Source of the DNA: a virus
Length of the DNA: 64,000 nucleotides
IMG/VR virus record: IMGVR_UViG_3300049893_000773
Location: 23,663 to 87,662 of that record
Direction: 5' to 3' (one strand)
The notes below the pieces were generated by a model. That model did not search any database and had not been told where the DNA came from. It saw only the letters and a program-made list of their open reading frames with translations. Position 1 is the first letter of the stretch. Each line of letters begins with the position of its first letter. Positions 19,063 to 28,449 of the stretch are shown one piece after another. A program made the translations under genes and the position numbers.

Positions 19063-22062
19063 ATGGCACAAGGATTTAAGAGCGCTGGCGTAACAACCCG
19101 AGAAATCGACCTGACGGGACCAACGGCCAATGAGCCAGTTGGAATTCCTGCTGGAGTGATTGCTCCTGCTTCGAAGGGACCTGCCTTTGTGCCAGTGACC
19201 CTCCCTGGGATGAAAGACTTCGTTGTTCGCTTCGGCGCACCAACAACGACTTTCCGAAACGGTCCTCTGGCCGCAAATGAGTGGCTCAGGAACTCGCAGG
19301 CAATCACCTACATGAGGGTTCTCGGTGCTGGTGATGGTCAAAAGAGGACTTCTTCTGGTGATAACGCCGGAAAGGTGACCAGCGCAGGATTCGTGGTTGG
19401 TGATCAACAGCCACAAGCAACGCTTTCTGGAAACCTGGGAAGCAATGCCTATGCCAACACAACGGGCCCTCTTGGAAGGACATACTTCCTGGGAGCCTTC
19501 ATGTCGCAGTCTTCTGGCTCGGCAGTCTTCACGGACGCCGGTCTCTCTGCCCAGGGCATTCCATTGATCCGAGGCGTGCTCATGGCTGCTTCGGGTGTGG
19601 TGTTGACCCTTTCCAGCTCCTACAACACGACTTCGACGGCTCCATCGACGACTGCTGCTGCAACGGCAGCAAATATCAGGGGAGCAATCTCTGGTGCTGT
19701 GAACCTTGGTTCCAGCAAGCAGGAATTCGTGATGTTCCTGAATGGTCACAAGGCAACGGACTCTGCTTACAGCAATGTGATCACGGCTTCGTTTGATCCT
19801 TCGGCTCCAAACTACTTCGGCAAAATCTTCAACAAGGACCCACTCCTCCTTGAGCGTGCCGGGTACGTCCTTTACAGCCAGTACGACATCCACCCAGCGA
19901 TTGCCGTGGTAACGGGCTCTGGCATCGTTGTAGCAGCCTCGGGAGCCGCCGCAAGCAACGGTTACCGTGAGCGTTGCGCCTTCCTCCTGACGGGTTCTCA
20001 GACGAGAAACAGCGGTACGACAACGGCACCAAACTTCGAAGGATTCGAGGACCGTTTCGCAACTGCTCGCTCGCCTTGGGTGATCTCGCAGAGATTCGGT
20101 GGTACTCCAGTCAACCTCTTCCAGGTTTGGGCTTCGGGTGACGGTGAGGAGCCAAACTCCAAGCTGAAGATTTCCATCGAAAACATCCAGCCATCGAACT
20201 CCGACACAACTCAGTTCGGAACGTTCGACCTGCTTGTCCGCGACATGAATGACTCGGACAACAACAAGGTTGTTCTTGAGGCATGGAGGGCTTTGAGCCT
20301 GGATCGTGATAATCCAAGGTTCATTGGCAAGATCATTGGAGACAACAGGGTCTTCTACAACTTCGACGCCACCCTTGGCAAGCAAAAACTGATTACGACG
20401 GGCGATTACCCAGTTCGTTCGAAGTACATCCGTGTGCAGATTGCTGACGACGTGATCAACGGTGAGACCCCAGAGACGGCCCTGCCAATGGGCTTCCGTG
20501 GATACCCTCACCTTGTGACCTCGGGAACGGCTCCAATGCCAGCCTTCTCGGACTCGACGGGTTACAGCGTCACCAACCCATTCTACAGGATGGTGCAGCC
20601 GCCTGTGCCATTCCGCTTGGTTTTGACCAGGGGAACAAGCTCGACCCAAACCTCGGACAAGAACCTCTACTGGGGTGTTCAGTTCGAGCGTCAGGAGTCG
20701 GCAACCGATCCAAACTCCAGCTACGTGGCCAACGACTCGATCAAGTCCTACGCCAAGTATTTCCCAACCTACCAGACCGTCTGGCAGAACGTTCTGGTTT
20801 CGGCAAACCAGGGTACGGCTGATACGGCAGAGAATGGCATCCTGGATGCAGATAGGTTCAACAACAACCTGTTCACCCTGGAGAACCTGACTGTCCCATA
20901 CGTGTCTGCAAGTGGAATCGCTGACGGAACAAAGCCGGAAAACTGGACCTACACCCGTGCAGGCGGAATCACCACAAACACCACTGCCTTGACCAAGGCT
21001 CTCACGGTGTCGGATCTCTTGGACCCAGGCGCTCGTTCCCTGGCCAAGTTCTCCTTCACCCTTCAGGGTGGGTTCGATGGTGTTCGCATCTTCGATGCCG
21101 ACATGGCTCAGCTTACGAACAAGGCCATTGCCGAGGAAATGACCTACACGGGTCGTGGTTTGTCTTCGGGTCCAACGGTTTCCGCCTACAACAAGGCTCT
21201 GACGATCATGCAGGACACCACGGAAGTTGACATTCAACTCCTGGCAATGCCTGGAATTCGCCACCGTTACCTGACTGACACGGCAATCCGTGCAACTGAA
21301 GAGCGTTTCGACGCTTTGTATGTCATGGATATCGAGGAGAAGGATACGGATAGCCTCTTGGTTTCCGGTTCCACTCAGCGTATCAGCGTGAACAACACGA
21401 TCTCGTACTTCTCGGGACGTGGACTCAACAGTTCGTTTGCCGCTGCTTACTTCCCAGACCTCTCGATCAGGGATGGATACAACCGCGACACGGTTCGTGT
21501 TCCACCTTCGGTTGGTGTTCTTGGAGCTTTCAGCAAGAACGACGCTGTTGGTTACCCATGGACTGCACCAGCAGGATTCACCCGTGGAGCCCTGGAGAGC
21601 TCGGCAGAGCCAATCGTTCGCCTCTCCAAGGCAAACATGGATGCCCTGGCCGCTGTCAACATCAACCCAATCGTGTCCTTCCCAGGAAGCACTGGTCCGG
21701 TTGTGTGGGGCCAGAGGACGGTCCTTGCTCGTCAAAGCTCCCTGGATAGGGTGAATGTCCGTAGATTGCTCATCGCGATCCGTCGTGAGGTGCGTAAGGT
21801 GGCTAACAAGATGCTCTTCGAGCAATCGCGTGAGGCAACTCTTGCACGCTTCAACCAGCAAGTCAACCCAATCCTCAAGAAGGTGCAGGATCAAAAGGGA
21901 GTTGATGGCTTCAAGGTGGCAATCGACACCACAACCACAACCCAGGCTGACCTTGAGAACAAGACGCTCAGGGGCAAAATCTGGATCATTCCTACGAAGA
22001 CCCTTGAAGCACTCTCGGTTGACTTCGTAATTACCAACCGTGGAACCTTCTCCCAGGGATGA
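19063..22062 (+). CDS. Tail sheath protein 2 (gp18-like)
   Basis: FKSAGVTTREIDLT, KGPAFVPV, PWTAPAGFTRG, INPIVSFP, VWGQRT and LDRVNVRRLL motifs. Confidence 0.93.
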   Translation: MAQGFKSAGVTTREIDLTGPTANEPVGIPAGVIAPASKGPAFVPVTLPGMKDFVVRFGAPTTTFRNGPLAANEWLRNSQAITYMRVLGAGDGQKRTSSGDNAGKVTSAGFVVGDQQPQATLSGNLGSNAYANTTGPLGRTYFLGAFMSQSSGSAVFTDAGLSAQGIPLIRGVLMAASGVVLTLSSSYNTTSTAPSTTAAATAANIRGAISGAVNLGSSKQEFVMFLNGHKATDSAYSNVITASFDPSAPNYFGKIFNKDPLLLERAGYVLYSQYDIHPAIAVVTGSGIVVAASGAAASNGYRERCAFLLTGSQTRNSGTTTAPNFEGFEDRFATARSPWVISQRFGGTPVNLFQVWASGDGEEPNSKLKISIENIQPSNSDTTQFGTFDLLVRDMNDSDNNKVVLEAWRALSLDRDNPRFIGKIIGDNRVFYNFDATLGKQKLITTGDYPVRSKYIRVQIADDVINGETPETALPMGFRGYPHLVTSGTAPMPAFSDSTGYSVTNPFYRMVQPPVPFRLVLTRGTSSTQTSDKNLYWGVQFERQESATDPNSSYVANDSIKSYAKYFPTYQTVWQNVLVSANQGTADTAENGILDADRFNNNLFTLENLTVPYVSASGIADGTKPENWTYTRAGGITTNTTALTKALTVSDLLDPGARSLAKFSFTLQGGFDGVRIFDADMAQLTNKAIAEEMTYTGRGLSSGPTVSAYNKALTIMQDTTEVDIQLLAMPGIRHRYLTDTAIRATEERFDALYVMDIEEKDTDSLLVSGSTQRISVNNTISYFSGRGLNSSFAAAYFPDLSIRDGYNRDTVRVPPSVGVLGAFSKNDAVGYPWTAPAGFTRGALESSAEPIVRLSKANMDALAAVNINPIVSFPGSTGPVVWGQRTVLARQSSLDRVNVRRLLIAIRREVRKVANKMLFEQSREATLARFNQQVNPILKKVQDQKGVDGFKVAIDTTTTTQADLENKTLRGKIWIIPTKTLEALSVDFVITNRGTFSQG

Positions 22063-22068
22063 TGAGAA

Positions 22069-22857
22069 ATGAGCAAAGTAAAGGAAAGTAGGTTGCCTGT
22101 TCAGTTTATCAAGCCCGGTGACATTCGGGCCATGGTAAATTGGCTTGAGCTTCCCCAGAACCATGATGCGGCAGTCAATGCAATCGCAGTGGTTCCTGAT
22201 TCGCGACGCGATTCTGCCTTCGTGGATTTCTTGGCTTCTTCCCCAGCATTTCAGGGGTGGGAATACAATCAAATTGCCCACGCAGTAGATCAAGCCAATG
22301 AAATGGATCTAATGGAGACGAAAATGAAACAGAGCGAACTGAAGAAGATGGTATCGGAAGCCGTAAAGGGCGGAATCCGCAAGGCAATGCAAGAGAACAA
22401 GAGCAAGCCAAAGGCACGGATCACCAAGACCGCTCTGGCTGAGGCTGTCCGCAAGGCAGTTCGTGCTTCTCTTCAGGAGATGGGCATGCCAGGGGCCGCA
22501 ATGCCTCCAGCGGGCAAGCCAGCCGGTGCAGCAATGACTGCTCCAACCCAGGAGGGTGTTTCGGACGGTGATCCAAAGAGAGGAAGTTCCACCTTTGGTC
22601 AGCTTCCTTCTCCAGAGGAGCTTCAAATGGCCATTGACGAGCTTGGTGGCTGGTCGATGACCCTTCGCGGCTCGGATGCTCGTTCTTTCGATGCAGCAAT
22701 GGCTCAAGCGGGCATGGACTCGGGCGAAGCAGAGATGATGATGGATACCGGAGAGGGTATGCACAAGGTCATTTCCGCTCTCATGGATTCTGGCGATGAG
22801 AATGCTGAGAGCCTTGCCTCTGGCATCATGGACGTTCTTGGCTGGGAGTGGATCTGA
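22069..22857 (+). CDS. Putative internal head protein with tandem tags
   Basis: MKQSELKKMVSEAVKGGIRKAMQE and ITKTALAEAVRKAVRASLQE. Confidence 0.65.
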   Translation: MSKVKESRLPVQFIKPGDIRAMVNWLELPQNHDAAVNAIAVVPDSRRDSAFVDFLASSPAFQGWEYNQIAHAVDQANEMDLMETKMKQSELKKMVSEAVKGGIRKAMQENKSKPKARITKTALAEAVRKAVRASLQEMGMPGAAMPPAGKPAGAAMTAPTQEGVSDGDPKRGSSTFGQLPSPEELQMAIDELGGWSMTLRGSDARSFDAAMAQAGMDSGEAEMMMDTGEGMHKVISALMDSGDENAESLASGIMDVLGWEWI

Positions 22858-23147
22858 TGAAGGTCAAAGACCTGAAAGCAATGATCCAAGAAGCCGTGCA
22901 GAAGGCTTTGAAGGAAGAGATGGATCGTCCGGTAGACGCCTCCGACCTGGATGACGCTACTCAGCTTTTGATGTTGATTTCCGGTCGAATCATGTCTGCT
23001 CACGGCAAAGATGTGCCTGCCAAGGCAATTCAGGCTGCAATTCACCACATCGAACAGGCCGATGGAATTCTCGCAGCAGCCGGTTTGAAAGCAGACGAAG
23101 CTGATGTGCGCGGAATTGCTGAGTCAAAGGGCCAGCAAAAAAGATAA
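22857..23147 (+). CDS. Small tagged putative internal head protein
   Basis: Starts MKVKDLKAMIQEAVQKALKEE; TGATG coupling. Confidence 0.65.
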   Translation: MKVKDLKAMIQEAVQKALKEEMDRPVDASDLDDATQLLMLISGRIMSAHGKDVPAKAIQAAIHHIEQADGILAAAGLKADEADVRGIAESKGQQKR

Positions 23148-23179
23148 GTCAATACTTATCGGGGAGAGAGTAAGAAAAC

Positions 23180-23668
23180 ATGGCTACAACACTTGGCGTA
23201 GAAGACCTCCTGGCGACGAAGTTTGAACCACTCGCCAAGCGTAGATTCATCCTGGCAATCGAAGGTATTGACGCCTTCCTTGTCAAGTCGGCATCTCGTC
23301 CAACCTTCACAACGGAAGAAGTCGCAATTCCATACGTCAACGTAACTCGTTACGTTGGTGGAAAGACGACCTTCAACACGATGACGGTCACGATGCACGA
23401 CGCTGTTGGTCCTTCGGGAGCCCAGCAGGTCATGGAATGGATTCGTGCAAAGTTCGAGTCCGTCACCGGACGTGAGGGTTACTCGGACTTCTACAAGCGT
23501 GACATCCAGTTGAAGCTCCTTGATCCAGTCGGAACGGTTGTTCAGCTCTGGGACATCAAGGGTGCATTCATCACGGAAGCAAACTTCAACGACCTGTCCT
23601 ACGAAGGATCGGATCTCACTGAGATTTCGCTCACCCTCCGCTACGACAACGCAGTTCTGCAATACTGA
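23180..23668 (+). CDS. Tail tube protein (gp19-like)
   Basis: FEPLAKRRFIL, AQQVMEW, YKRDIQLKLLDPVG, WDIKGAF and ISLTLRYD motifs. Confidence 0.92.
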   Translation: MATTLGVEDLLATKFEPLAKRRFILAIEGIDAFLVKSASRPTFTTEEVAIPYVNVTRYVGGKTTFNTMTVTMHDAVGPSGAQQVMEWIRAKFESVTGREGYSDFYKRDIQLKLLDPVGTVVQLWDIKGAFITEANFNDLSYEGSDLTEISLTLRYDNAVLQY

Positions 23669-23670
23669 GA

Positions 23671-23689
23671 AGTGGCCTTCGGGCCTACT
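23671..23689 (+). terminator. CUUCGG tetraloop hairpin after the tube gene
   Basis: AGTGGCC-TTCG-GGCCTACT between convergent genes. Confidence 0.5.
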
Positions 23690-23706
23690 CTTGCAGGATT
23701 CGAGTC

Positions 23707-24615
23707 TTATCTTCCTTTCCTTCTTTTTGCTTCAGCATCTTGGTTGCACTCTTGGCAGTAGGGGACTGCCAGGACCCAGCCTTCCTGGTTGTGGTACTCC
23801 ACCACTTCCTGCAAGATGCTGTTGTAGAGACGACTGCCTGAATCAAAGATTTCCCTCGGTTGGTCGTAATCCCTCATCACCTCTTCAGCCGTGGTTGCCA
23901 GCTTGTTGAGTGCAATCAGGATGATTTCGTGGAAAAGAGGGTTTTGGTGGTGAACCTGCTTGCCTTCTGCTGCTCGACAGTGGAAGCAAGGAGGGATGCC
24001 GTGGAACATCTGAACGTACTTCGAATACACCTGCCCACGCCATTGGATGTTGATTTCCGGGCTTTCACGAATAAGCTCGGAAAGGCGCGAGAAGGCATTC
24101 TTCTTTGGAGCAACCGTGTGCATGACTACCCTGTCAAGGACAGGGGTTGGAGTAGGCGCAGGAGGCTCCACGGGAGCTTCTGGAGCCTTCTCTGGTGTCC
24201 CCAGGAGTACCTGCTGTTCCTGCACGGGACGCTCCTTCTTGGGCTTCAAGAGAGCCGCAGGGCTGGGCTTCTTCCGCCGCACCAAACTGGCTTGGAGGGA
24301 GACGAGGGAGGTGGGTTGCAGGAGCATGGCGAGGATCAAGGAACGAACTCCGTGCTTGAATTCTGGCCCGCTTGTCCCACAGAAAGGGCGGTGATACTTC
24401 TGCTCGTAGACCTTGAAGAAGTCCCTCTTGTGTCCATCGTCGAGGAAGTGGTCCCACAAAGGACCCCAGCGAAGGAAGGTGAGAGTGCAAGGGCAACCTG
24501 GGACGGGGCAACGAACGCCAGAGCTATTCTTGCTGAAGAAAGCATCCAGGTCGTTCCTGACCTCCTCCTCTTTCCTGTTCCTCTGTTCGGTCATGAGTGC
24601 GAAAAATGTCTTCAT
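23707..24615 (-). CDS. C2H2 zinc-finger plus HNH-like nuclease domain protein
   Basis: CPVPGC...DHFLDDGH; CFHC...VHHQNP...YCQECN; opposite strand to the tail genes. Confidence 0.55.
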   Translation of the reverse strand: MKTFFALMTEQRNRKEEEVRNDLDAFFSKNSSGVRCPVPGCPCTLTFLRWGPLWDHFLDDGHKRDFFKVYEQKYHRPFCGTSGPEFKHGVRSLILAMLLQPTSLVSLQASLVRRKKPSPAALLKPKKERPVQEQQVLLGTPEKAPEAPVEPPAPTPTPVLDRVVMHTVAPKKNAFSRLSELIRESPEINIQWRGQVYSKYVQMFHGIPPCFHCRAAEGKQVHHQNPLFHEIILIALNKLATTAEEVMRDYDQPREIFDSGSRLYNSILQEVVEYHNQEGWVLAVPYCQECNQDAEAKRRKGR

Positions 24616-24667
24616 GCAAACAGCGTAGCATCTACAGGGCTAAGAATCCACCTCATAGTTACCAAAG

Positions 24668-25126
24668 ATGATGAAAGAGCTTGAGGAGTTTATTCTTGAA
24701 TTTGCTCGCAGGGAAGTCAAAAAAGCCCTGGACGAGGACAAGAAGTATTACCGCAAATCCAAGTGGCACCCGGATAACCTCCGTCTGGGGAACAAGAACC
24801 TGGATATGGATGCCCACAAGAGCAAGCAAGAACACGAGATGGCCTTGCTCAAGTCTCAGGTGACGGCTGTACTCCAAGCGATCGAGGAGTATCCCCCACC
24901 AGAGGTGCTGGTCACTGACCCAAAGACCAAGAGGCAGGAGCAAGTCCCTGACACGAAGTCCAAGCAGTTGGCCGTGGAAACCGCAGCAAAGGTCCTTAAA
25001 GGCATCACCACCCCAAAGAAGAACATCCACGCCCTAGCTGTGTACATCGTCGCTCTTGGCATCTTCCCCAGGGTTCCTTTCACCTCCTTGGTGCGTGCCC
25101 TGGTTGAAATTTTCGAAAAGCGATAA
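24668..25126 (+). CDS. Tagged hypothetical protein
   Basis: MMKELEEFILEFARREVKKALDE; TAGTTA 6 nt before ATG. Confidence 0.6.
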   Translation: MMKELEEFILEFARREVKKALDEDKKYYRKSKWHPDNLRLGNKNLDMDAHKSKQEHEMALLKSQVTAVLQAIEEYPPPEVLVTDPKTKRQEQVPDTKSKQLAVETAAKVLKGITTPKKNIHALAVYIVALGIFPRVPFTSLVRALVEIFEKR

Positions 25127-25229
25127 CCGTTAACCATCCCTGAAAATCCGACGGAAATTCTTCAAGCTACTATGTACGGGCATGAGCACGCAAATTCGTG
25201 CCCAAAACAAGAAAAGGACTTGAAGAACA

Positions 25230-26090
25230 ATGTCGGGAATGTCTCCAGAAGATGAGAGGGCGGTAAAGAACGCCATTTTTGCTGCTCGCCAAGCTGCTGA
25301 GGGTGCGGCAAAGAGTGGTCCTGTTCCAATGCAGGAAATTCAGATTCCTAGTGCACAGGTCCCACTCCCAAGCCGTGGCGTGGTGTACCCACCAGAGTCG
25401 CCTTTGCATGGGCAGGAATTCGTCGATATCAAGGCCATGACGACGCAAGAGGAGGACATCCTCATGTCCCGTGCCTTGATCAAGAAGGGTACGGTTATCA
25501 ACGAGTTGATCCGTGCTTGCTTGTTGACCCCAGGAGTGACGGTCAACGACCTGCTTGCAGGGGATCGAAACGCCTTGATGGTGGCTATTCGTATCACCGG
25601 GTACGGGCCAGAGTACGTGCCGATCGTTCAGTGCCCATCTTGCGAGCAGAAGAACGAGTATCCAATCAACCTGAGCGATCTTGAGATCAAATCGCTGGAT
25701 ATCGAGCCTGTTGCACCTGGAATGAATAGGTTCGCCTTCAAGCTTCCAGTGTCTCAGAAGGTGGTCCACTTCCGCTTCCTGACAGGCAAGGAGGAGGAAG
25801 AGATCGCTGCCCAGGTGGAGGCCAAGAAGAAGAAGGGATTTGCCGTGGACAACGTTGTGTCCACCCGCCTGCTTTTCTCTGTCCTCTCGGTTGATGGGAA
25901 CGAAGATCGCTCCCACATTGCCAAGACGATCACCTATCTCCCAGCAAGGGACTCGTTGATGCTCCGTCGGTATATGGAGACGCATGAGCCGGGAATTGAC
26001 ATGCGCTGCTCGTTTGAGTGCCCAAACTGTGGGCACACGGAGGTGGTAGCGGTCCCAATGGGCGCTAGCTTTTTTTGGCCTAACTCCTGA
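25230..26090 (+). CDS. Baseplate hub assembly / tail assembly chaperone (gp26-like)
   Basis: VPLPSRG..Y, MTTQEEDIL, LLAGDRNALMVAIRITGYG, two CxxC pairs, ends FFWPNS. Confidence 0.8.
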   Translation: MSGMSPEDERAVKNAIFAARQAAEGAAKSGPVPMQEIQIPSAQVPLPSRGVVYPPESPLHGQEFVDIKAMTTQEEDILMSRALIKKGTVINELIRACLLTPGVTVNDLLAGDRNALMVAIRITGYGPEYVPIVQCPSCEQKNEYPINLSDLEIKSLDIEPVAPGMNRFAFKLPVSQKVVHFRFLTGKEEEEIAAQVEAKKKKGFAVDNVVSTRLLFSVLSVDGNEDRSHIAKTITYLPARDSLMLRRYMETHEPGIDMRCSFECPNCGHTEVVAVPMGASFFWPNS

Positions 26091-26349
26091 AGACAGGACC
26101 AAGGTAATCCTTGAGCCGTACTTCCTTTTGGGATATTACTTCGGAATGACAAGCTGGAACGACTACTATCGTTTCCCGGTTGCCTACCGAAGGTGGTTGA
26201 TCAAGAGGATCAACGAGGAGATCCAGAAAGCAGCAGAGGCTCAAAACGGTCAAACCAGCAAGGGAGCACACGACAACACGCCCGATGTGAGAGCCCTTAC
26301 GGGCAAAACAAGGCAAAATGTTCCCGCGAAGCTCCGCAGGTTCACTTGA
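26071..26349 (+). CDS. Chaperone C-terminal extension, probably reached by frameshift
   Basis: +1 frame open from the T7 run: FFGLTPEDRTKVILEPYFLLGYYFGM..YYRFPVAYRRWLIKRI; earliest in-frame starts are TTG 26128 and a later ATG. Confidence 0.6.
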   Translation, partial: FFGLTPEDRTKVILEPYFLLGYYFGMTSWNDYYRFPVAYRRWLIKRINEEIQKAAEAQNGQTSKGAHDNTPDVRALTGKTRQNVPAKLRRFT

Positions 26350-26381
26350 GACATGGGATTCCCTATTTACTGAGGAATCCA

Positions 26382-27089
26382 ATGGCATCATCTCCCCTTC
26401 ACGAATACATCAAGGCGGCTATTGAGCTCTATCTTCTTGAAGACTTCGATGCCTCAACGAAGCCTGTAAGAAAGCCAGGAACCACTGCACCTCCCGCCCA
26501 ACAGCAGACCTTCAACTTCAACGAGTTTCGTGCTCTGAAGGACCTGGATTCCGTTCTTGAGTATGTCAAGAAGACCTTGGGACGTTCTCTCCTTGGAGAG
26601 GGACAAGGACGGCTTGTCTACAGCCTTGGCAATGGCCGGGTGTTGAAGGTTGCCAAGGATCAAGGGGGAGTTGGCCAGAACCAGAGCGAGGCGAATGTGT
26701 GCGCCAGTTCGGCTGATGTTGTGACCTTGTTCCCCAAGGTTTTCGAGAGCAGCCCTTCGCACTTTTGGCTTGTCACGGAAGAAGCCAAGCCAATGACCGA
26801 GGAAGCCTTCAAGACCCTGACAGGACTTCCCTGGAGGATGTTCTGGTCCGCTCTCAAGGGAGCCTTTGCTGGGAAAGCCTCGAATGTCACCCAAGCAGAC
26901 CAACAGAACTACGCCCAGGCTTCGGCAAATCAGTTTTTCGCCAGAGTCGTCAAGGCAATTCGAGATTGCAGGTATGAGCCGGGTGATATTGCCAAGCTGG
27001 ATTCCTGGGGAATTGTTGGAGGCAAGCCTGTAATCATCGACTCCGGGTTTACGGAAGCTGTGAACAAGGCTTACTATTCCAACGGCTAG
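26382..27089 (+). CDS. Protein-kinase-like fold protein, paralog B
   Basis: LGEGQGRLVY, VLKVA, QNQSE, DIAKLDSWG and VIIDSGF motifs; TATTTA at 26364 and GAGGA SD. Confidence 0.65.
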   Translation: MASSPLHEYIKAAIELYLLEDFDASTKPVRKPGTTAPPAQQQTFNFNEFRALKDLDSVLEYVKKTLGRSLLGEGQGRLVYSLGNGRVLKVAKDQGGVGQNQSEANVCASSADVVTLFPKVFESSPSHFWLVTEEAKPMTEEAFKTLTGLPWRMFWSALKGAFAGKASNVTQADQQNYAQASANQFFARVVKAIRDCRYEPGDIAKLDSWGIVGGKPVIIDSGFTEAVNKAYYSNG

Positions 27090-27136
27090 GCAGCGGTAGT
27101 GGCAACATCTCTGCCAGGAAGTAGCATCTTACACCA

Positions 27137-27706
27137 ATGAGTAAACTGGAAGTCATTTGCGGCCCAATGTTTGCGGGCAAAACAGAAGAGCTGATTCGTC
27201 GGGTAAAGAGGTGCACTCTTTCCGGCCAATCCATCCAGGTGTTCAAGCCATCCATGGATTACCGATACGGAGTTGAACGTATTGTGTCTCACGGTAAGAC
27301 TGACCTGGAGACGGCAACAGGTGTCAAGCCCATGCCAATCAGCACGACCGAGCGGTTCATCGTAAGGGATGAAACGAAGGTGGTTGCCTTTGACGAGGTA
27401 CAGTTCTTTGATCCCGAGTGGATTGTGCCTGTTGTGGATGGGCTTCTTGCAGACGGAATAAGAGTCATCTGTGCCGGACTCGACATGAATACCTACGGCG
27501 AGCCTTTTGGAGCCGTTCCAGCCCTCCTGGCCAAGGCCGATGAAGTCACGAAGCTCAAGGCTATCTGTGTGAAGTGCAAGCAGGATGCTGGAAGGACCTA
27601 CAGGGAGCTTCCATATGCGAAGACAGGGGAAGCCGTCGAGGTTGGTGGACACGGCCTCTATGAGCCTCGCTGTGGAGCTTGCTGGAGCCCAACTCCCAGG
27701 AGTTGA
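27137..27706 (+). CDS. tdk: Thymidine kinase
   Basis: GPMFAGKTEEL, FKP..D.RY, DEVQF, GLD, LKAIC..C and YEPRC..C motifs. Confidence 0.95.
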   Translation: MSKLEVICGPMFAGKTEELIRRVKRCTLSGQSIQVFKPSMDYRYGVERIVSHGKTDLETATGVKPMPISTTERFIVRDETKVVAFDEVQFFDPEWIVPVVDGLLADGIRVICAGLDMNTYGEPFGAVPALLAKADEVTKLKAICVKCKQDAGRTYRELPYAKTGEAVEVGGHGLYEPRCGACWSPTPRS

Positions 27707-27730
27707 CTTTTTGGATAACAGCTTTACGCT
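27703..27730 (+). promoter_or_regulatory. Sigma70-like promoter
   Basis: TTGACT-N16-TACGCT upstream of the 27772 ORF. Confidence 0.45.
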
Positions 27731-27771
27731 TATCCTGTCAAGTCCATTTCCCCACCATTCTTAGGACTGCT

Positions 27772-28446
27772 ATGGAAGATAATCTGCAAGCCATCCTTGT
27801 CGCCAAGCTGAAGAACGAAAAGAGCAAGCTCTTTGAGGGCTCTCTGAACCGTATCATGTCTCACGTCAACAAGGCGAAGGAGGAGGGATTTGCAATTCTC
27901 ACTTCCTGGCGTCAGTCCAACGACAAGAAGACCAATCTGGCGAACTTCCAGGCCCTACAAAGCTTCGTTCGAGCCAAGGGGCTGGGGTACATTCAGCTAC
28001 GTGGACACTGGCGGGAATGCCAAGATACCTCCGTCCCCTACGATCAATGCCCTCCAGAGGAGCTTCTTGACATCGTTGAGCCCTCCTTGATGGTGTTCAA
28101 GATCGACCTGGAAACGGCAACCCGGCTGGGAAAGCACTTTGACCAGGATGCCGTTGTCTATGCTGGTCCAGAAACGGGTGGGCAGGTTCACCTTCAATTC
28201 AAGAACGGCGAAACCATGGACCTTGGCTCGTTCAACCCAATGACCATTGGACAGGCATACTCGGAGTACCGTTCCAAGCAAGACAAGGACCTCAAGAAGG
28301 GTCAATTGCCACGGGCAGAACGACACTTCACCTTCGAAGGGTACAGTTATCCCGCTCAATCCTTCATTGAGAAGCTTGCCGAGGCTGCTATTGAGAAGAA
28401 CATTCGCCTTCTAAACGAAGGGCTTGAATCACTTCCAAAGAAGTAG
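27772..28446 (+). CDS. SAM lyase (T3 SAMase)-like protein
   Basis: ILTSWR...N....LQSFVR..G.GY..L.GHWRE...E.SLMV...LG..FDQDAVV resembles T3 SAMase as recalled from memory. Confidence 0.55.
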   Translation: MEDNLQAILVAKLKNEKSKLFEGSLNRIMSHVNKAKEEGFAILTSWRQSNDKKTNLANFQALQSFVRAKGLGYIQLRGHWRECQDTSVPYDQCPPEELLDIVEPSLMVFKIDLETATRLGKHFDQDAVVYAGPETGGQVHLQFKNGETMDLGSFNPMTIGQAYSEYRSKQDKDLKKGQLPRAERHFTFEGYSYPAQSFIEKLAEAAIEKNIRLLNEGLESLPKK

Positions 28447-28449
28447 CGC

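Noticed and set aside
16421-22293. Very long antisense ORFs (830 and 1103 aa; also 250-2070, 5420-8478, 50687-53212, 54052-55914)
   Set aside because: They mirror well-supported + strand genes in register. They are explained by scarce TTA/CTA/TCA codons in the sense genes and show no recognisable motifs.
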